DNA of 64,000 nucleotides from a bacterium (GTDB taxonomy: Bacteria; Patescibacteriota; Patescibacteriia; UBA1558; UBA10009). The notes under the pieces are model-generated. The model saw only the letters and a program-made list of their open reading frames with translations, ran no database searches and was not told the DNA's origin. Made by a program: the position numbers and the translations under genes. The stretch is from positions 736,977 to 800,976 of the forward strand of contig JABHGM010000001.1 in NCBI GenBank assembly GCA_018672055.1. The letters are read 5' to 3'. Of the stretch, positions 46,949 to 57,934 are shown piece after piece; the first letter of the stretch is position 1, and the number at the start of each line of letters is the position of its first letter.

Positions 46949-47563
46949 TTAACATAAACTAAAAGAATCTATTAATTTACGACAAGTACAGCCATCACCT
47001 AATTGAAATATAGCTATTTTATTTGACATAAATTCAACAGGAAACTTAATAGTTTCACCTAGATTTTCAAATTCAAGACAACTAAGTGTTATATGCGGAT
47101 TATAATTTTGATTGGAATATAAATCATAGAAATTATTTATTACCTTATTTGATGATTTACTTATCCCAGTTATGTCACCTTCTGCTAACATATCAGGAGA
47201 CTCATATTTAATATATTTATCTGACACACTATTTATTATTTTCTGATGTAATTTTTGTACTTCATCAGTAATACCTATATTAATAATTACTCTTTTTCCA
47301 TAATGTCTTTCTCTAATATCAAACTTTTCTAAATTTAAATGTAATGGTTTTTGATTATTAGAAACTTCTTTAACTATTTCAATAATATCAGCTATATCTT
47401 CTTCGCTACAGCAACCAATTGCTAAAGATATATGTGGTACTATATAATCTTTGCTAAGCTGAAATCTACCTTTGTCATGCTTAAAAGCTTCTTTATTTAT
47501 ATCAATACATAAATCAATTACTTCGTCAGATGGTAATAATACTATGCCTATTGCTTTATTCAT
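46949..47563 (-). CDS. 2H phosphoesterase (2'-5' RNA ligase-like)
   Basis: Two HxS/T motifs: PHISL and PHITL. Confidence 0.8.
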   Translation of the reverse strand: MNKAIGIVLLPSDEVIDLCIDINKEAFKHDKGRFQLSKDYIVPHISLAIGCCSEEDIADIIEIVKEVSNNQKPLHLNLEKFDIRERHYGKRVIINIGITDEVQKLHQKIINSVSDKYIKYESPDMLAEGDITGISKSSNKVINNFYDLYSNQNYNPHITLSCLEFENLGETIKFPVEFMSNKIAIFQLGDGCTCRKLIDSFSLC

Positions 47564-47575
47564 AAGAAACTTATT

Positions 47576-49324
47576 TTAATTATATGCTGGGGGTACTTGT
47601 AAGTAATTAAGTAAAAACTGAGATATTTCACCAAATAATGGAGCAGCAGATGATGAAGCAAATTCAACGCTCTTTGGATGGTTTAATTTAATTAACATAA
47701 CAAATTTAGGATCTTGAACAGGCGCAAAACCAACAAATGAATGAATTGACTTATCAATTGAGTATTTACCTGTTTCAGAATCAGCAACTTGAGCTGTACC
47801 AGTTTTACCAGCTATGTAATAACCATGAACACCTGCACGTTGTGCATGACCATATTTTACAACAGAGGCAAGCATAGCAGATAGGGTTTGAGCTGTTTGA
47901 TTAGTTATTACTTGCCTGATCATAGTAGGGTCAGTTTTTTCTTGTCTGCCATCAGGATGAATTATTTCTTCAACAATATATGGCTTCATTAATTTACCTT
48001 GATTAGCAATAGCAGCAAATGAATTAATTACTTGAAGTGGTGTAGCTGTAATACCCTGTCCATATGAGGCTGTAGCCATAAATATTTCATTAGGGTAACT
48101 TAAATTCTTAATATCTCCATTTCTTTCTGTTTCTAAACGTATATCAGTTAAATCACCATAACCGAAATTATAGAAATAATTTTTAAAAATATCAGGTCCT
48201 ATTTGACGTGCTGCATAAATAGCTCCAGTATTTAAAGACTCTTCTAAAACTTGTGTCATATTTTTAAGACCATGAGCTTCGCCATCAGAGTTATGAATTG
48301 TAAAACCAGATATTTCAACTGTACCTGTATCAATATATGTAGTAGCTGGAGTAACACCTCCTATATCTACTGCAGCAGCCATAGTAATACCTTTAATCAT
48401 AGAACCTGGCTCATATGGTTCAAAAATAGCACGATTATTATATACTTCAATATTTTCTACTTCATTATAATTATTTGGATTAAAATCAGGATAATTACAC
48501 ATAGCCATAATAGCTCCAGTTTCAGGATCCATAATTATAACACTACCATCCTCTGCGCCATGCTTTAGAACTGTAGCTTCCAAAGCAGAACAAGCAAAGA
48601 ATTGAATAGCTCTATCAATAGTTAAAACAATATTTGCTCCATTAACTTGATCTGCTTTAAGCCTACCACCAATTGGAATTAATCTACCAACAGCATCACG
48701 TTCAAATTCGTAAGTTCCTGATGAACCAGCAAGTTCATCTTGCCAATATCCTTCAATACCATATCTACCAACTAAATCATCACCTTGATAGCCCACAAAG
48801 CCAAGTACCTGAGAGCCAATGTTTTCTTCAGGATAAAATCTAAATACTTCTTCTTGAAAACGTATACCTTCAAGTTCAAGTGATTCTATCTCTAATTTCT
48901 TTAAATCATCTAACTTATGTTTTAAAGGCTCATAAATATCATCTTCTTTACTTAAACGATATAATAAGGTGTCTTCTTCCATTTCTAGAATAGGTGCTAA
49001 GAGCTTAGAATAAGCCAAAGGATTTTTAACTTGATTAGGAACAGCGTAAGCTAAAAAATATTTACGATTTAAAGCAACAGGATAAAGTACATCTTCCCCA
49101 GCTTCCCTGTCATGAATTAGAATAGTACCTCTTTCTGGATTTAATTTAGCCAGGGCTAAATGTTGTTCTTCAGCTAAAGCTAAGTACTTATTATGATTAA
49201 TAACCTGCAAATTAAATAATTTTAAAATAGTAAGTGCAGTTAATAAAAAAAAGACTATACTAATGATAGTTAAACGATCTGCGGAAATAAGAAAAGATCT
49301 TGATTGTCCGTTATATTGATTCAT
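47576..49324 (-). CDS. ftsI: Class B penicillin-binding protein (FtsI/PBP3-like)
   Basis: EPGSMIK (SxxK), SLN and KTGTAQ motifs; dcw context. Confidence 0.85.
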   Translation of the reverse strand: MNQYNGQSRSFLISADRLTIISIVFFLLTALTILKLFNLQVINHNKYLALAEEQHLALAKLNPERGTILIHDREAGEDVLYPVALNRKYFLAYAVPNQVKNPLAYSKLLAPILEMEEDTLLYRLSKEDDIYEPLKHKLDDLKKLEIESLELEGIRFQEEVFRFYPEENIGSQVLGFVGYQGDDLVGRYGIEGYWQDELAGSSGTYEFERDAVGRLIPIGGRLKADQVNGANIVLTIDRAIQFFACSALEATVLKHGAEDGSVIIMDPETGAIMAMCNYPDFNPNNYNEVENIEVYNNRAIFEPYEPGSMIKGITMAAAVDIGGVTPATTYIDTGTVEISGFTIHNSDGEAHGLKNMTQVLEESLNTGAIYAARQIGPDIFKNYFYNFGYGDLTDIRLETERNGDIKNLSYPNEIFMATASYGQGITATPLQVINSFAAIANQGKLMKPYIVEEIIHPDGRQEKTDPTMIRQVITNQTAQTLSAMLASVVKYGHAQRAGVHGYYIAGKTGTAQVADSETGKYSIDKSIHSFVGFAPVQDPKFVMLIKLNHPKSVEFASSSAAPLFGEISQFLLNYLQVPPAYN

Positions 49325-49339
49325 GTAATTAAAGTTGTC

Positions 49340-49681
49340 TTAATCTTTTTTAGCTACAGGACCTTTAGGTAAAACATAATCAAAATTGTCAGCTAAAACC
49401 ATATTCAATTGAGCTGAACTAATTTCTTTAATGCGTGGCAATGATTGTAACAAAGTAGCTCTACTTTGTAAATCACGATGCTCTTCTTTAAGCTCTTGAA
49501 TTGCCATTTGCATTTTAGCAATTTCATAACCTTTGGTATTTACATCATTAACTACAACTAAATACGAGAGTAAACTAGTTAATAATAAACAGAATATTAA
49601 AATTCTGAAATTATTAATAAAACCTACTGCTCCTTTTGTATTCTTTAATTTTGAAAACAAAGAAAATTTTGTTTTAGTCAT
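49340..49681 (-). CDS. ftsL: FtsL-like cell division protein
   Basis: Transmembrane segment plus coiled coil, between rsmH and ftsI. Confidence 0.65.
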   Translation of the reverse strand: MTKTKFSLFSKLKNTKGAVGFINNFRILIFCLLLTSLLSYLVVVNDVNTKGYEIAKMQMAIQELKEEHRDLQSRATLLQSLPRIKEISSAQLNMVLADNFDYVLPKGPVAKKD

Positions 49682-49696
49682 ACTTTTTATTTTTGT

Positions 49697-50653
49697 TTAT
49701 ATTACTTCAAAAGCTCTTAATTTTGCACTCCTGCTACGTGGATTATTTTTAATCTCTAGAGTAGTCGGAGTAATTGGCTTTTTAGTAATTATTTTTACTT
49801 TTTTCTTTTTATTACATCTACAAACAGGTATTTCTACTGGGCAGATACATTCTTTTGCTTCATAGTTAATGAATTTTTTTACAATTCTATCTTCTAATGA
49901 ATGAAAGGATATAACTACTACCCTAGCACCTGATGGTAAAATATTTAAAATATTTTCTAAACTATTTTCTAAAACTCCTAACTCATTATTTACAGCAATG
50001 CGTAATGCTTGAAAGATACGAGTAGCTGGATGAGTCTTAGAACGACCGGAGTAGCGGCTTCGATAAACTTGATTTACTATTGAGGTTAAATCCGAAGCCG
50101 CATCAAAAGGAGTTTCTTCTCGAAAGAGAATTATTTTATTAGCAATTTTAGTTGCTAATCGTTCTTCACCAAATTCTTTAAATATTTTTATTAAATCTTC
50201 CTTCTTATAATTATTTAAAATGTAATTTGCAGTTAGATCCGTATCAGGACCAAAACGCATATCTAGCGCTTCTTTTGATTGGTAACTAAAACCACGTGGT
50301 TCTTCAGGTTCCATTTGAGCTGACGATACGCCCAAATCAAGTAAAAGGCCATTAATGTGTAAATTATTTCTTTGTCCATTTTTATTTTTATTTAAATATT
50401 TATTTATGTTTTGATACGAGTCATTTATTAGAGTAACTCGTTTATTATATTTTTTTAACTTTTTACCTGCTTCTTCAATTGCTCTGGGATCTCTATCAAA
50501 GCCAATTAACTTACCTTGAGGTATAGTATTTTTTAATATTTCATAAGCATGTCCTCCTCCGCCAATAGTACCATCAATTACATTGTAATTACTTTCTAAA
50601 TTTAAATACTTTAAAACTTCTTTAACTAAAACTGGTTTATGTATATACTTCAT
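49697..50653 (-). CDS. rsmH: 16S rRNA m4C1402 methyltransferase
   Basis: HKPVL, DGTIGGGGHA, DLGVSS, FQALRIAVN, SFHSLEDRIVK and NPRSRSAKLR; start moved to the ATG at 50653. Confidence 0.95.
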   Translation of the reverse strand: MKYIHKPVLVKEVLKYLNLESNYNVIDGTIGGGGHAYEILKNTIPQGKLIGFDRDPRAIEEAGKKLKKYNKRVTLINDSYQNINKYLNKNKNGQRNNLHINGLLLDLGVSSAQMEPEEPRGFSYQSKEALDMRFGPDTDLTANYILNNYKKEDLIKIFKEFGEERLATKIANKIILFREETPFDAASDLTSIVNQVYRSRYSGRSKTHPATRIFQALRIAVNNELGVLENSLENILNILPSGARVVVISFHSLEDRIVKKFINYEAKECICPVEIPVCRCNKKKKVKIITKKPITPTTLEIKNNPRSRSAKLRAFEVI

Positions 50654-50657
50654 ATTT

Positions 50658-51089
50658 TTAAACACCAAGTTCACCTAAAGCTTCAGCAATATTAGAACTA
50701 TCTTTTTCAGTACTAGCTTTATACTTTTCCCAAGCCTTTTCTTCCCATATTTCCAAACGATTCATAAGACCAGTTACAATTACCTTTTTACTAAGTGAAG
50801 CAAATTTCTTTAAATAATCTGGCAAAATAATTCTACCTTGTTTATCGAGTGATACATCCATAGCTCCGGCTAACATTAATCTAGAAAAAGCACGAGTATT
50901 TGATTGACTAATAGGTAGCTTAGATAATTTTAAAGCTAATTCTTCCCATTCTTTTTTAGTATATAAAAAAAGGCAGTTATCTAAACCTTTAGTAACTACG
51001 CAACCTTTAGCTAATACTGCTCTAAATTTAGCAGGAACAGCTAACCTATTCTTTGAATCAATTGTATGCTGATATTCTCCGATGAACAT
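50658..51089 (-). CDS. mraZ: Transcriptional regulator MraZ
   Basis: MFIGEYQHTIDSKNRL and DKQGRI motifs. Confidence 0.95.
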   Translation of the reverse strand: MFIGEYQHTIDSKNRLAVPAKFRAVLAKGCVVTKGLDNCLFLYTKKEWEELALKLSKLPISQSNTRAFSRLMLAGAMDVSLDKQGRIILPDYLKKFASLSKKVIVTGLMNRLEIWEEKAWEKYKASTEKDSSNIAEALGELGV

Positions 51090-51147
51090 AATTATTACTC
51101 AAAACCTCTATTTTAATTAAGTTATACCCAGTTCACAATGATTATCC

Positions 51148-51192
51148 CCACATTTATCCACTTTTAACCACTGTATGTACATAATACCCCAC
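51148..51192 (-). promoter_or_regulatory. MraZ-binding direct repeats
   Basis: GTGG (CCAC on the plus strand) at 51148, 51158 and 51168 with a 10-nt period, plus one at 51189, upstream of mraZ. Confidence 0.7.
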
Positions 51193-51308
51193 TAAGATAT
51201 ATTACGCAACCCCTTTTCACCACCAAAACTGTGAATAACTTAAGTTATGCCATTTTTTAAATAAAAAAACAACGTTTTAAATAATTAACGTTATTTTTTA
51301 AATAGTGT

Positions 51309-51947
51309 CTATTTAATTCCTAAAATTTCTTTAAATTCATTTATATTACGTGCTATATAATTTGGGTTTGCTTTTTTTATCTTTTCTTCATCTTGTAGCC
51401 CCCAGGTTACTGAAATAGATATTAAAGATAATTCATTACTTACATCTGCTTCATTGTCAGTATCCCCTACAAAAATTGTTTCTTTAGGAGCTAAGCCATA
51501 TTTATCTATTATTCTCTTAACACCATTTAACTTATTATGCGCCCCAAACTCTATCTCAGTAAAAATATTTTCTAAATCAAAAGAAACTATTTCACTAGTA
51601 ATGTTTACTAAAGGATCAGAACTTACTACAAACATATTCTTATTTAATCTCTTACATTCTTTTAAAACTTCAACTATACCTGAATATGAGTACGGATGAT
51701 GCTCTTTAATAATTTCATTATAGTATTTCTTATATAACCTCTGCTCTTCTTTTAGAGATAAATCTGGTAAATATTTATTATAAAATAACATAAATGGTTG
51801 TATCCATTCTCTTCTAAACTCTTCAGAAGTAATTTCTGGGACATTAAAATGTTTAAATAACTTATTAGCAGTAAGTAATGTAGTCTCCCAATTATCATTA
51901 ATTACTCCAGACCAATCAAATATTATATTTTTATATTCTTCTTTCAT
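51309..51947 (-). CDS. HAD family hydrolase
   Basis: IIFDWSG, VVSS and FVGD motifs. Confidence 0.85.
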   Translation of the reverse strand: MKEEYKNIIFDWSGVINDNWETTLLTANKLFKHFNVPEITSEEFRREWIQPFMLFYNKYLPDLSLKEEQRLYKKYYNEIIKEHHPYSYSGIVEVLKECKRLNKNMFVVSSDPLVNITSEIVSFDLENIFTEIEFGAHNKLNGVKRIIDKYGLAPKETIFVGDTDNEADVSNELSLISISVTWGLQDEEKIKKANPNYIARNINEFKEILGIK

Positions 51948-51948
51948 G

Positions 51949-53148
51949 TTATTTATATGATTCTTGATTAATTGAACGTAGAAATAATATCTCTACAATA
52001 ACAGCAAATGCCATAATAACCAAAACATATTGTAATTGTTGAACAGCTAGACTACCAACAAAAAGTAATAATACATAACTTGAGCCTCTACCAAATAAGA
52101 TACCAAACCATTCACGTATCACAATGTACTCTACTCTATGATGAGTGTAATCATCAATTTGATGTACTAAGTTTTCACTAATAACTCTTTTTGGAATTTG
52201 TAAAAATAGACTACCTAATTCTTTAACAATACCGAATATAATATATGTTAAAAGAATTGGAAAGCCAATTAAAGATAAAATAGAAACAAAAAATAACAAA
52301 CCACCAATCGTTGCAAAATTCTTGTAATGTTTGTAATTAATATGCCTACCAAATAATACAGCCAAGAATGCAGAAATCAAAGCAAAAAAAGATAACCAGC
52401 CACCAAGTTCAAACTCATTTTGTAATATATCAAATATAAGTAATGGTAATAATATTCTTAACAATGCACCAGCACGACCAAAACCACCTAAAAAATAAAC
52501 TATCATAGATTTTTGCAAGTCTTTATGCTTCATTATTTCTTTAATAGTTTTTCTTAGATGTAACTTAGTATGAGTACTTTTAGGCAATGGTATATTACCA
52601 ATAAAAAATGATACTAAATATAGGAAAGAACCAAGTAAAAAAACATTACCATAACCATAATTATAAAAATTCTGAACAATTATATACCCACCAAGTATTG
52701 GTAATATTATTCCAATAACTGTACCAATAGCTTTTTCTGTACCAGTGTAATTACCACGATTAGATGTCTTAGTATAATCAAATCTAAAAATATGATAACT
52801 AATCCAATACATTCCATTAAAAAAACCAAAGCCCATAGCAATAGGTATTAAATGCTCTATAGCCCTGTCACCTAATAAAAAAATACTAAAGTATACTGAA
52901 GCACATCCTATTATCCCTAATTTTCTAGGAAAATGCATTACTCCCTTTTTTACTAAACTAGCAAATACAGTAAAAGAAAAAGTATGAATTAATAAATAAG
53001 TAATATAGAATGTAGCAACTAGATTAATGTCTTTAGTTTCAGACCAAATAAAAACACTCATAAATAAACCAAAAAATACTTTACCAGCTACAAAAAAACT
53101 ATGAGCTGTTAATAATCTTTTTACATATGGTTGTGAAATACTATTCAT
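51949..53148 (-). CDS. MFS transporter
   Basis: About 12 transmembrane segments with an MFS-like pattern. Confidence 0.75.
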   Translation of the reverse strand: MNSISQPYVKRLLTAHSFFVAGKVFFGLFMSVFIWSETKDINLVATFYITYLLIHTFSFTVFASLVKKGVMHFPRKLGIIGCASVYFSIFLLGDRAIEHLIPIAMGFGFFNGMYWISYHIFRFDYTKTSNRGNYTGTEKAIGTVIGIILPILGGYIIVQNFYNYGYGNVFLLGSFLYLVSFFIGNIPLPKSTHTKLHLRKTIKEIMKHKDLQKSMIVYFLGGFGRAGALLRILLPLLIFDILQNEFELGGWLSFFALISAFLAVLFGRHINYKHYKNFATIGGLLFFVSILSLIGFPILLTYIIFGIVKELGSLFLQIPKRVISENLVHQIDDYTHHRVEYIVIREWFGILFGRGSSYVLLLFVGSLAVQQLQYVLVIMAFAVIVEILFLRSINQESYK

Positions 53149-53513
53149 TTTTTAGCTTTAGTTATATTAGGCTCCTTGCCATATTTAGGAATAACAGGTT
53201 TAAATTCTTTAGATATTTTAACTTGAGATATATCTTGATCTACTTTAAGCTCCATAACTGGAATATGTAAACTCCAAGCAAGAGCATTAGCTGTACTAAC
53301 ACCTATTCTAAGTGCAGAGAAAGCACCAGGTCCAGAAACTACATAAATAGCCTCTAACTTTTTTAAATCATGAACCACCTTATCAATCATTTTTAAAAGA
53401 AGTTCAGACTGTTTTAGATTCTCATTACTTATTTTCTCTTTAACAAGCTTGTTATCTAAAAAAAGTTTAACTTCAATTAAATCAGTTTTAGAGGTATTAA
53501 TATATAATATCAT
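53145..53513 (-). CDS. tsaB: tRNA t6A biosynthesis protein TsaB (short form)
   Basis: GPGAFSALRIGVSTANAL motif. Confidence 0.85.
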   Translation of the reverse strand: MILYINTSKTDLIEVKLFLDNKLVKEKISNENLKQSELLLKMIDKVVHDLKKLEAIYVVSGPGAFSALRIGVSTANALAWSLHIPVMELKVDQDISQVKISKEFKPVIPKYGKEPNITKAKK

Positions 53514-54418
53514 ACTTGAGTCTTACCTTCTTTAATTATAGTAACCCTGTAAATTGAATACATAAGAACTATTGCTCCTAACCACTGTACCCAAGACAAA
53601 ACATTACCACGTATTACATATTCAAAAAGTATAGCAGACAAGGGAAAAGCAAGTTCACAAATTGTAGAAACAGAAGCTGTAACAAACTTTAATCCGTAGT
53701 AGTAAAAGAATAGAGCCAGACCACCTGAAGAAAAAACAATAATTAAAAAATAAAGTAATTGATGCAAAGTAATTTGATCAAAGTTGGATATATTGCCTGT
53801 ACCTAAAACAACTAAAAACATTATTAAAGTAGTTACACCAAATCTAAGATAAACACCAACTCTAAAATTAATTTTTTGTAAAGCTCTTTTACTAAAAACT
53901 GTAGACGAAGCAAAAGAAAAAGAAGCTAAAAGTGAAAATAAAGCAGCTGCTATTATTTTCTCACCAGAACTAAGATTAGGTATGGCTAAGCCAAAAGTAA
54001 CAAAGTAACCACCAATTATCGCTAAACCTGCCCAAACAAAGAATTTTTTTGGTAACTTCTCTTTTAAGACAAGCCAAGCAAGAAGTATAGCAAAGAGAGG
54101 CTGAAACTTCTGTAGAAGTATTACTACAGAAAGATTAACAAAATCTACGTAAAATAAAGCTTTAGTAATAGCCATAGTACCAATAGCTCCGCCAAATACA
54201 GCGATCCAAACAAAAGCACCCCAGTCCCCTTTTTTAAGCTTCTTAACTTCTTTAAACTCTTTAATTAAAAATGGAATTAAAATTAAAAAAGCTAAAGCAT
54301 GTTCTACAAAAACAACAAGTGGTACTGGTAAAGCATACAAAGAAGGTCTTAGAACAATTCCATCTAAGCCCCAAAGTACAGCAGCTATTATTATAAATAT
54401 CGGTGCGTATTTTTTCAT
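53510..54418 (-). CDS. EamA/DMT family transporter
   Basis: 10 transmembrane segments in two EamA repeats. Confidence 0.85.
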   Translation of the reverse strand: MKKYAPIFIIIAAVLWGLDGIVLRPSLYALPVPLVVFVEHALAFLILIPFLIKEFKEVKKLKKGDWGAFVWIAVFGGAIGTMAITKALFYVDFVNLSVVILLQKFQPLFAILLAWLVLKEKLPKKFFVWAGLAIIGGYFVTFGLAIPNLSSGEKIIAAALFSLLASFSFASSTVFSKRALQKINFRVGVYLRFGVTTLIMFLVVLGTGNISNFDQITLHQLLYFLIIVFSSGGLALFFYYYGLKFVTASVSTICELAFPLSAILFEYVIRGNVLSWVQWLGAIVLMYSIYRVTIIKEGKTQV

Positions 54419-55194
54419 AAGTATTTTTTAAACCAATTAATTGATAAATTAATTACTCTATCTAAATGTTTAGGGTTACTAAATCCATGATCAGCATTTT
54501 TAATAATAACTTGCTTCTTTTTACATTCAAGTAATTTAAAAATTGTGTAAGCGTCTTTTACCAAAACTCTTCTATCATTATCTCCATGGATGACTAATGT
54601 AGGACTCTCTATCTTGGAGATTAAGTATTTCCTTTTCAAATAGAGACGATCTTTAAAATAATGTTTAGTAATCTTAAAATTGGGTTTTGTGCCACTTGAA
54701 CTGCTCAATAGCCAATAATCTTCTCCTTCTTCTACAACTCTCTTTTCCTTCTTATAACTATCTAAAACTTTAGAACCATCATAAAGACTAGCGACCGAAA
54801 CAACAGACTTAAATTTATTTGATAAACTACTAGCTAATATTAAAGCAGTAAAACCTCCCATACTATGACCAGCCATACCAAGTCTCTTCATATCAATTTG
54901 AGGAAACTTTCCTAAAATTTTTAAAGCTTTCTTAATATCTCTTAAAAATTGTGATACTAATACTTCCTTATAACCCCCTTCGCTTGGTTTATGTCCAGAA
55001 AAAGTAAATCTTAAAACAGCTATTTTCTCTTTCACTAATTCAGGTGCCATTCTTTTTATCATTCTTGATTCATGACTGCCTTTAAAGCCATGACACAATA
55101 TTACTACAGGAAAAGGTCCTTTACCGTGAGGTATGTGTAAAACGCCAACTAAACGTTGGCCTCTAGAATTTTTAAAACTTACCTTCTTATTCAT
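54415..55194 (-). CDS. Alpha/beta hydrolase
   Basis: CHGF, GHSMGG, HGDND and ADH motifs. Confidence 0.9.
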   Translation of the reverse strand: MNKKVSFKNSRGQRLVGVLHIPHGKGPFPVVILCHGFKGSHESRMIKRMAPELVKEKIAVLRFTFSGHKPSEGGYKEVLVSQFLRDIKKALKILGKFPQIDMKRLGMAGHSMGGFTALILASSLSNKFKSVVSVASLYDGSKVLDSYKKEKRVVEEGEDYWLLSSSSGTKPNFKITKHYFKDRLYLKRKYLISKIESPTLVIHGDNDRRVLVKDAYTIFKLLECKKKQVIIKNADHGFSNPKHLDRVINLSINWFKKYL

Positions 55195-55753
55195 TAATTT
55201 TTAATTTATTAACCAAAACTATTTTTTTACTATTTAATATTGAATATAAGAACTTATCAGTTACATTTCTTCTTAAATTATATTCTTGCATTGTAAAATA
55301 AGTATAGCGTATATCCATACGATAAACTTTTTTAAGCTCAGAAATAAACTTTTCCATATTATCTCTACTAACCTTACCAATAAATAAAACATCAGTTGAA
55401 ACTTGTTCCTCGTCGGTAAACATACCAGTTAAAGTTAAGAATTTAACGCCTGGTATTTTTTTAGCTTTTTCACCAAGTTTTCTTTCAGCAAGTACTTTAG
55501 ATTTATCAATTAAAGATTTCAATTCATTTAATATAGGGAACTCTGGATTGATAAAATAATACTTTTTTTGATCTTCTTGCTTAGAAATAAGTAAACCAAA
55601 TTTTTCTAAGTTTTCTAACTCGCGTCTTACAGAATGAATCCTCTCATTAATAGTACGACAGATCTCACGTACATAAAAAGCCTCTTTTATATTCTCTAAA
55701 AAGAGGTGTAAAAGCTTAGTTCTAGTACGTGAACCAAATAGTTGTTCAAGCAT
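55187..55753 (-). CDS. Winged-helix protein with a nucleotidyltransferase-like C-terminal domain
   Basis: LFGSRTR...YVREI...VRRELENL wHTH, followed by TG...DVLFIG. Confidence 0.7.
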   Translation of the reverse strand: MLEQLFGSRTRTKLLHLFLENIKEAFYVREICRTINERIHSVRRELENLEKFGLLISKQEDQKKYYFINPEFPILNELKSLIDKSKVLAERKLGEKAKKIPGVKFLTLTGMFTDEEQVSTDVLFIGKVSRDNMEKFISELKKVYRMDIRYTYFTMQEYNLRRNVTDKFLYSILNSKKIVLVNKLKINE

Positions 55754-55837
55754 TTTTACCTAATTAATTGCTTAAATTCAGGTCTTACCAAACTAACCTA
55801 AATATAGTATAATCATTTTAGTTGATTCTTTCAAGAC

Positions 55838-57922
55838 ATGGCATATAAAATAGCATATTTGAATATACATGATCCTCATCACAGTAAAAAAACTGGAGAG
55901 ATTTTAATACAACCAGCTAGTGAACAAAATGAGTCAGATTTATTTGTTTTAACGGAAATAGATTCAAATAATCAAGAAGATAATCAATTTATTGAAGAGC
56001 TCTTAAGAAGTGCTCTTTTAGAATATCAAAGTAATGAACCATTTAATGGAGAAAAATTACTTGAAGTAATCTTACAAAAATTAAATGTAGAAATACCAAT
56101 TATAATGCCTAAAAAAAAGAATTGGTTAGAATCAATGCATTGCTTTGTAGGTGTTTATTATAAAGATAATCTTTACTTCTCTACTTTTGGTAAAGTAAAA
56201 ATATATTTAATAAAAGATGCTTTAATTAAAAAAATATCAAATAAAGCGCCTGAAGAAGAAAAAGAAGTTTTTGCCTATACTCTGTCAGGTGAAGTTAAAG
56301 AGAAAGATAAATTATTAATAACCACAGAGAGTTTAACAAACTATATTTCTCTAGATAAAGTAAAAAAAATAATTTCAACTCTACCACCTAAAAGTAGTAT
56401 TGCTCATTTTAATAATATTTTAGATTCATCACCTCCTGAAGTATCATTTTTTTCTATGATTATTCAATCAACAACTAGAAATCAAGAAATAGAAGAATTA
56501 AATCAAAGAAATGTTAAATTAACAACACCAACTACTTCAAGAAATTCAATTGATGAGCTACTTAAAGTAGAAAGAGATACTGAAAAAATACTTACTCCAC
56601 CTTCTTTCTTTGAAAATATTAAAGATAGTTTAAAAGAAAAACTAACTCCGAAAAAAGAAAAAAATGAATTAAAAAAACACTTAGAGTATGGGCCAAGTAG
56701 AAATATTTTTAAAAGATTTACTCGCCTTACTAAACAAGTGCTGCCTCAACAAATACCTACTCAAAAATTAAGTTTTAGATTCAATGACTACATAAATCAT
56801 AAAGTAACAAAATTTAAAAAGTTATCTAAATTAAATAGAACTTTAATTATAATAATAATAGTATTACTACTCCTCTTCTCTCAGAATTTAATCTGGCAAT
56901 CAAGACAACAATCAAAAATTAAAGATAATGAAACGTATGAACAACTATTAGGCGAATTAATAAATAAACAAAATGGTATTGAAGCTTCACTTATATATAA
57001 CGATACAGTAAGGGCTAAACAACTCTTACAAGAAATATATGATATATTAAATGACTTACCTAAAGATTCAAAAGATAGAATTGCTAAACATAATGAAATA
57101 AATGAATCAATTCAAGTAATCTATGAAAGAATTTGGAAAGTAAATAATATTGAAGAACCACTATCACTTATTAATTTTAAAGAATTAAATCCAGGAGTAA
57201 ATATTACTAACATAGAAATAAGAGATAATAAATTATATGGCTTTAATAATTTAAATAAGCTCTATGGTTTAGATTTAGAAAATAATGAAAAAATAGTAAT
57301 TGATGATTTTAATCTAGGTTTAAAAGATACACAGTTATTTAATAAGAATAATATAATAATTGGCTATGATTTAAATAAAAATTTCTTTAGCATTCAAGAT
57401 AATGAATCATCTGGTATAAATGCTAGTGTACCAGCTAATCTACTAAATATAGATGATCTTACTTTTTACTTAGATAAGATGTATTTATTAAATAAAGAAA
57501 ATAATCAAATAGTTAGATTAACAAGTAATGGAGATAATTTTGTATCCCAAAGAAATTGGCTAAAAGATGATACAGATATAAGTACAGCTAAAGCAATTAC
57601 AGTCGATGGCTTACTTTATGTATTAATGGAAAACGGAGAAATAAAAAAATTATCTGGTGGTAATAAAAGAGACTTCCCGCAAGTAATAGTAGAACCAGCT
57701 TTAAATAAACCAAGTGACATTACTACTACAGAAAACTCAGATAACTTATACATTTTAGATGAAGAAAATAAAAGAATCGTAGTAATAAATAAAGAGTCAG
57801 GTGAACTAGCTAATCAATACTATTCAGATAAGTTTAACGAATTAAAAGATTTTATACTAGATTATGATAATAATAAGATATATATTTTAAATGATAACCA
57901 AGTCTTTGTAATAGCTATATAA
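55838..57922 (+). CDS. Membrane protein with a degenerate PP2C-like N-domain, transmembrane segment and beta-propeller-like C-domain
   Basis: 694 aa; DKLLITT motif, central transmembrane segment and LYILD-type repeats. Confidence 0.6.
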   Translation: MAYKIAYLNIHDPHHSKKTGEILIQPASEQNESDLFVLTEIDSNNQEDNQFIEELLRSALLEYQSNEPFNGEKLLEVILQKLNVEIPIIMPKKKNWLESMHCFVGVYYKDNLYFSTFGKVKIYLIKDALIKKISNKAPEEEKEVFAYTLSGEVKEKDKLLITTESLTNYISLDKVKKIISTLPPKSSIAHFNNILDSSPPEVSFFSMIIQSTTRNQEIEELNQRNVKLTTPTTSRNSIDELLKVERDTEKILTPPSFFENIKDSLKEKLTPKKEKNELKKHLEYGPSRNIFKRFTRLTKQVLPQQIPTQKLSFRFNDYINHKVTKFKKLSKLNRTLIIIIIVLLLLFSQNLIWQSRQQSKIKDNETYEQLLGELINKQNGIEASLIYNDTVRAKQLLQEIYDILNDLPKDSKDRIAKHNEINESIQVIYERIWKVNNIEEPLSLINFKELNPGVNITNIEIRDNKLYGFNNLNKLYGLDLENNEKIVIDDFNLGLKDTQLFNKNNIIIGYDLNKNFFSIQDNESSGINASVPANLLNIDDLTFYLDKMYLLNKENNQIVRLTSNGDNFVSQRNWLKDDTDISTAKAITVDGLLYVLMENGEIKKLSGGNKRDFPQVIVEPALNKPSDITTTENSDNLYILDEENKRIVVINKESGELANQYYSDKFNELKDFILDYDNNKIYILNDNQVFVIAI

Positions 57923-57934
57923 ATAAAATATTAT

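Noticed and set aside
51121-51245. Replication origin (DnaA-box-like TTATCCAC and TGTGAATAA)
   Set aside because: Only imperfect boxes, no dnaA nearby, and the 10-nt periodic GTGG repeats are better explained as MraZ sites.
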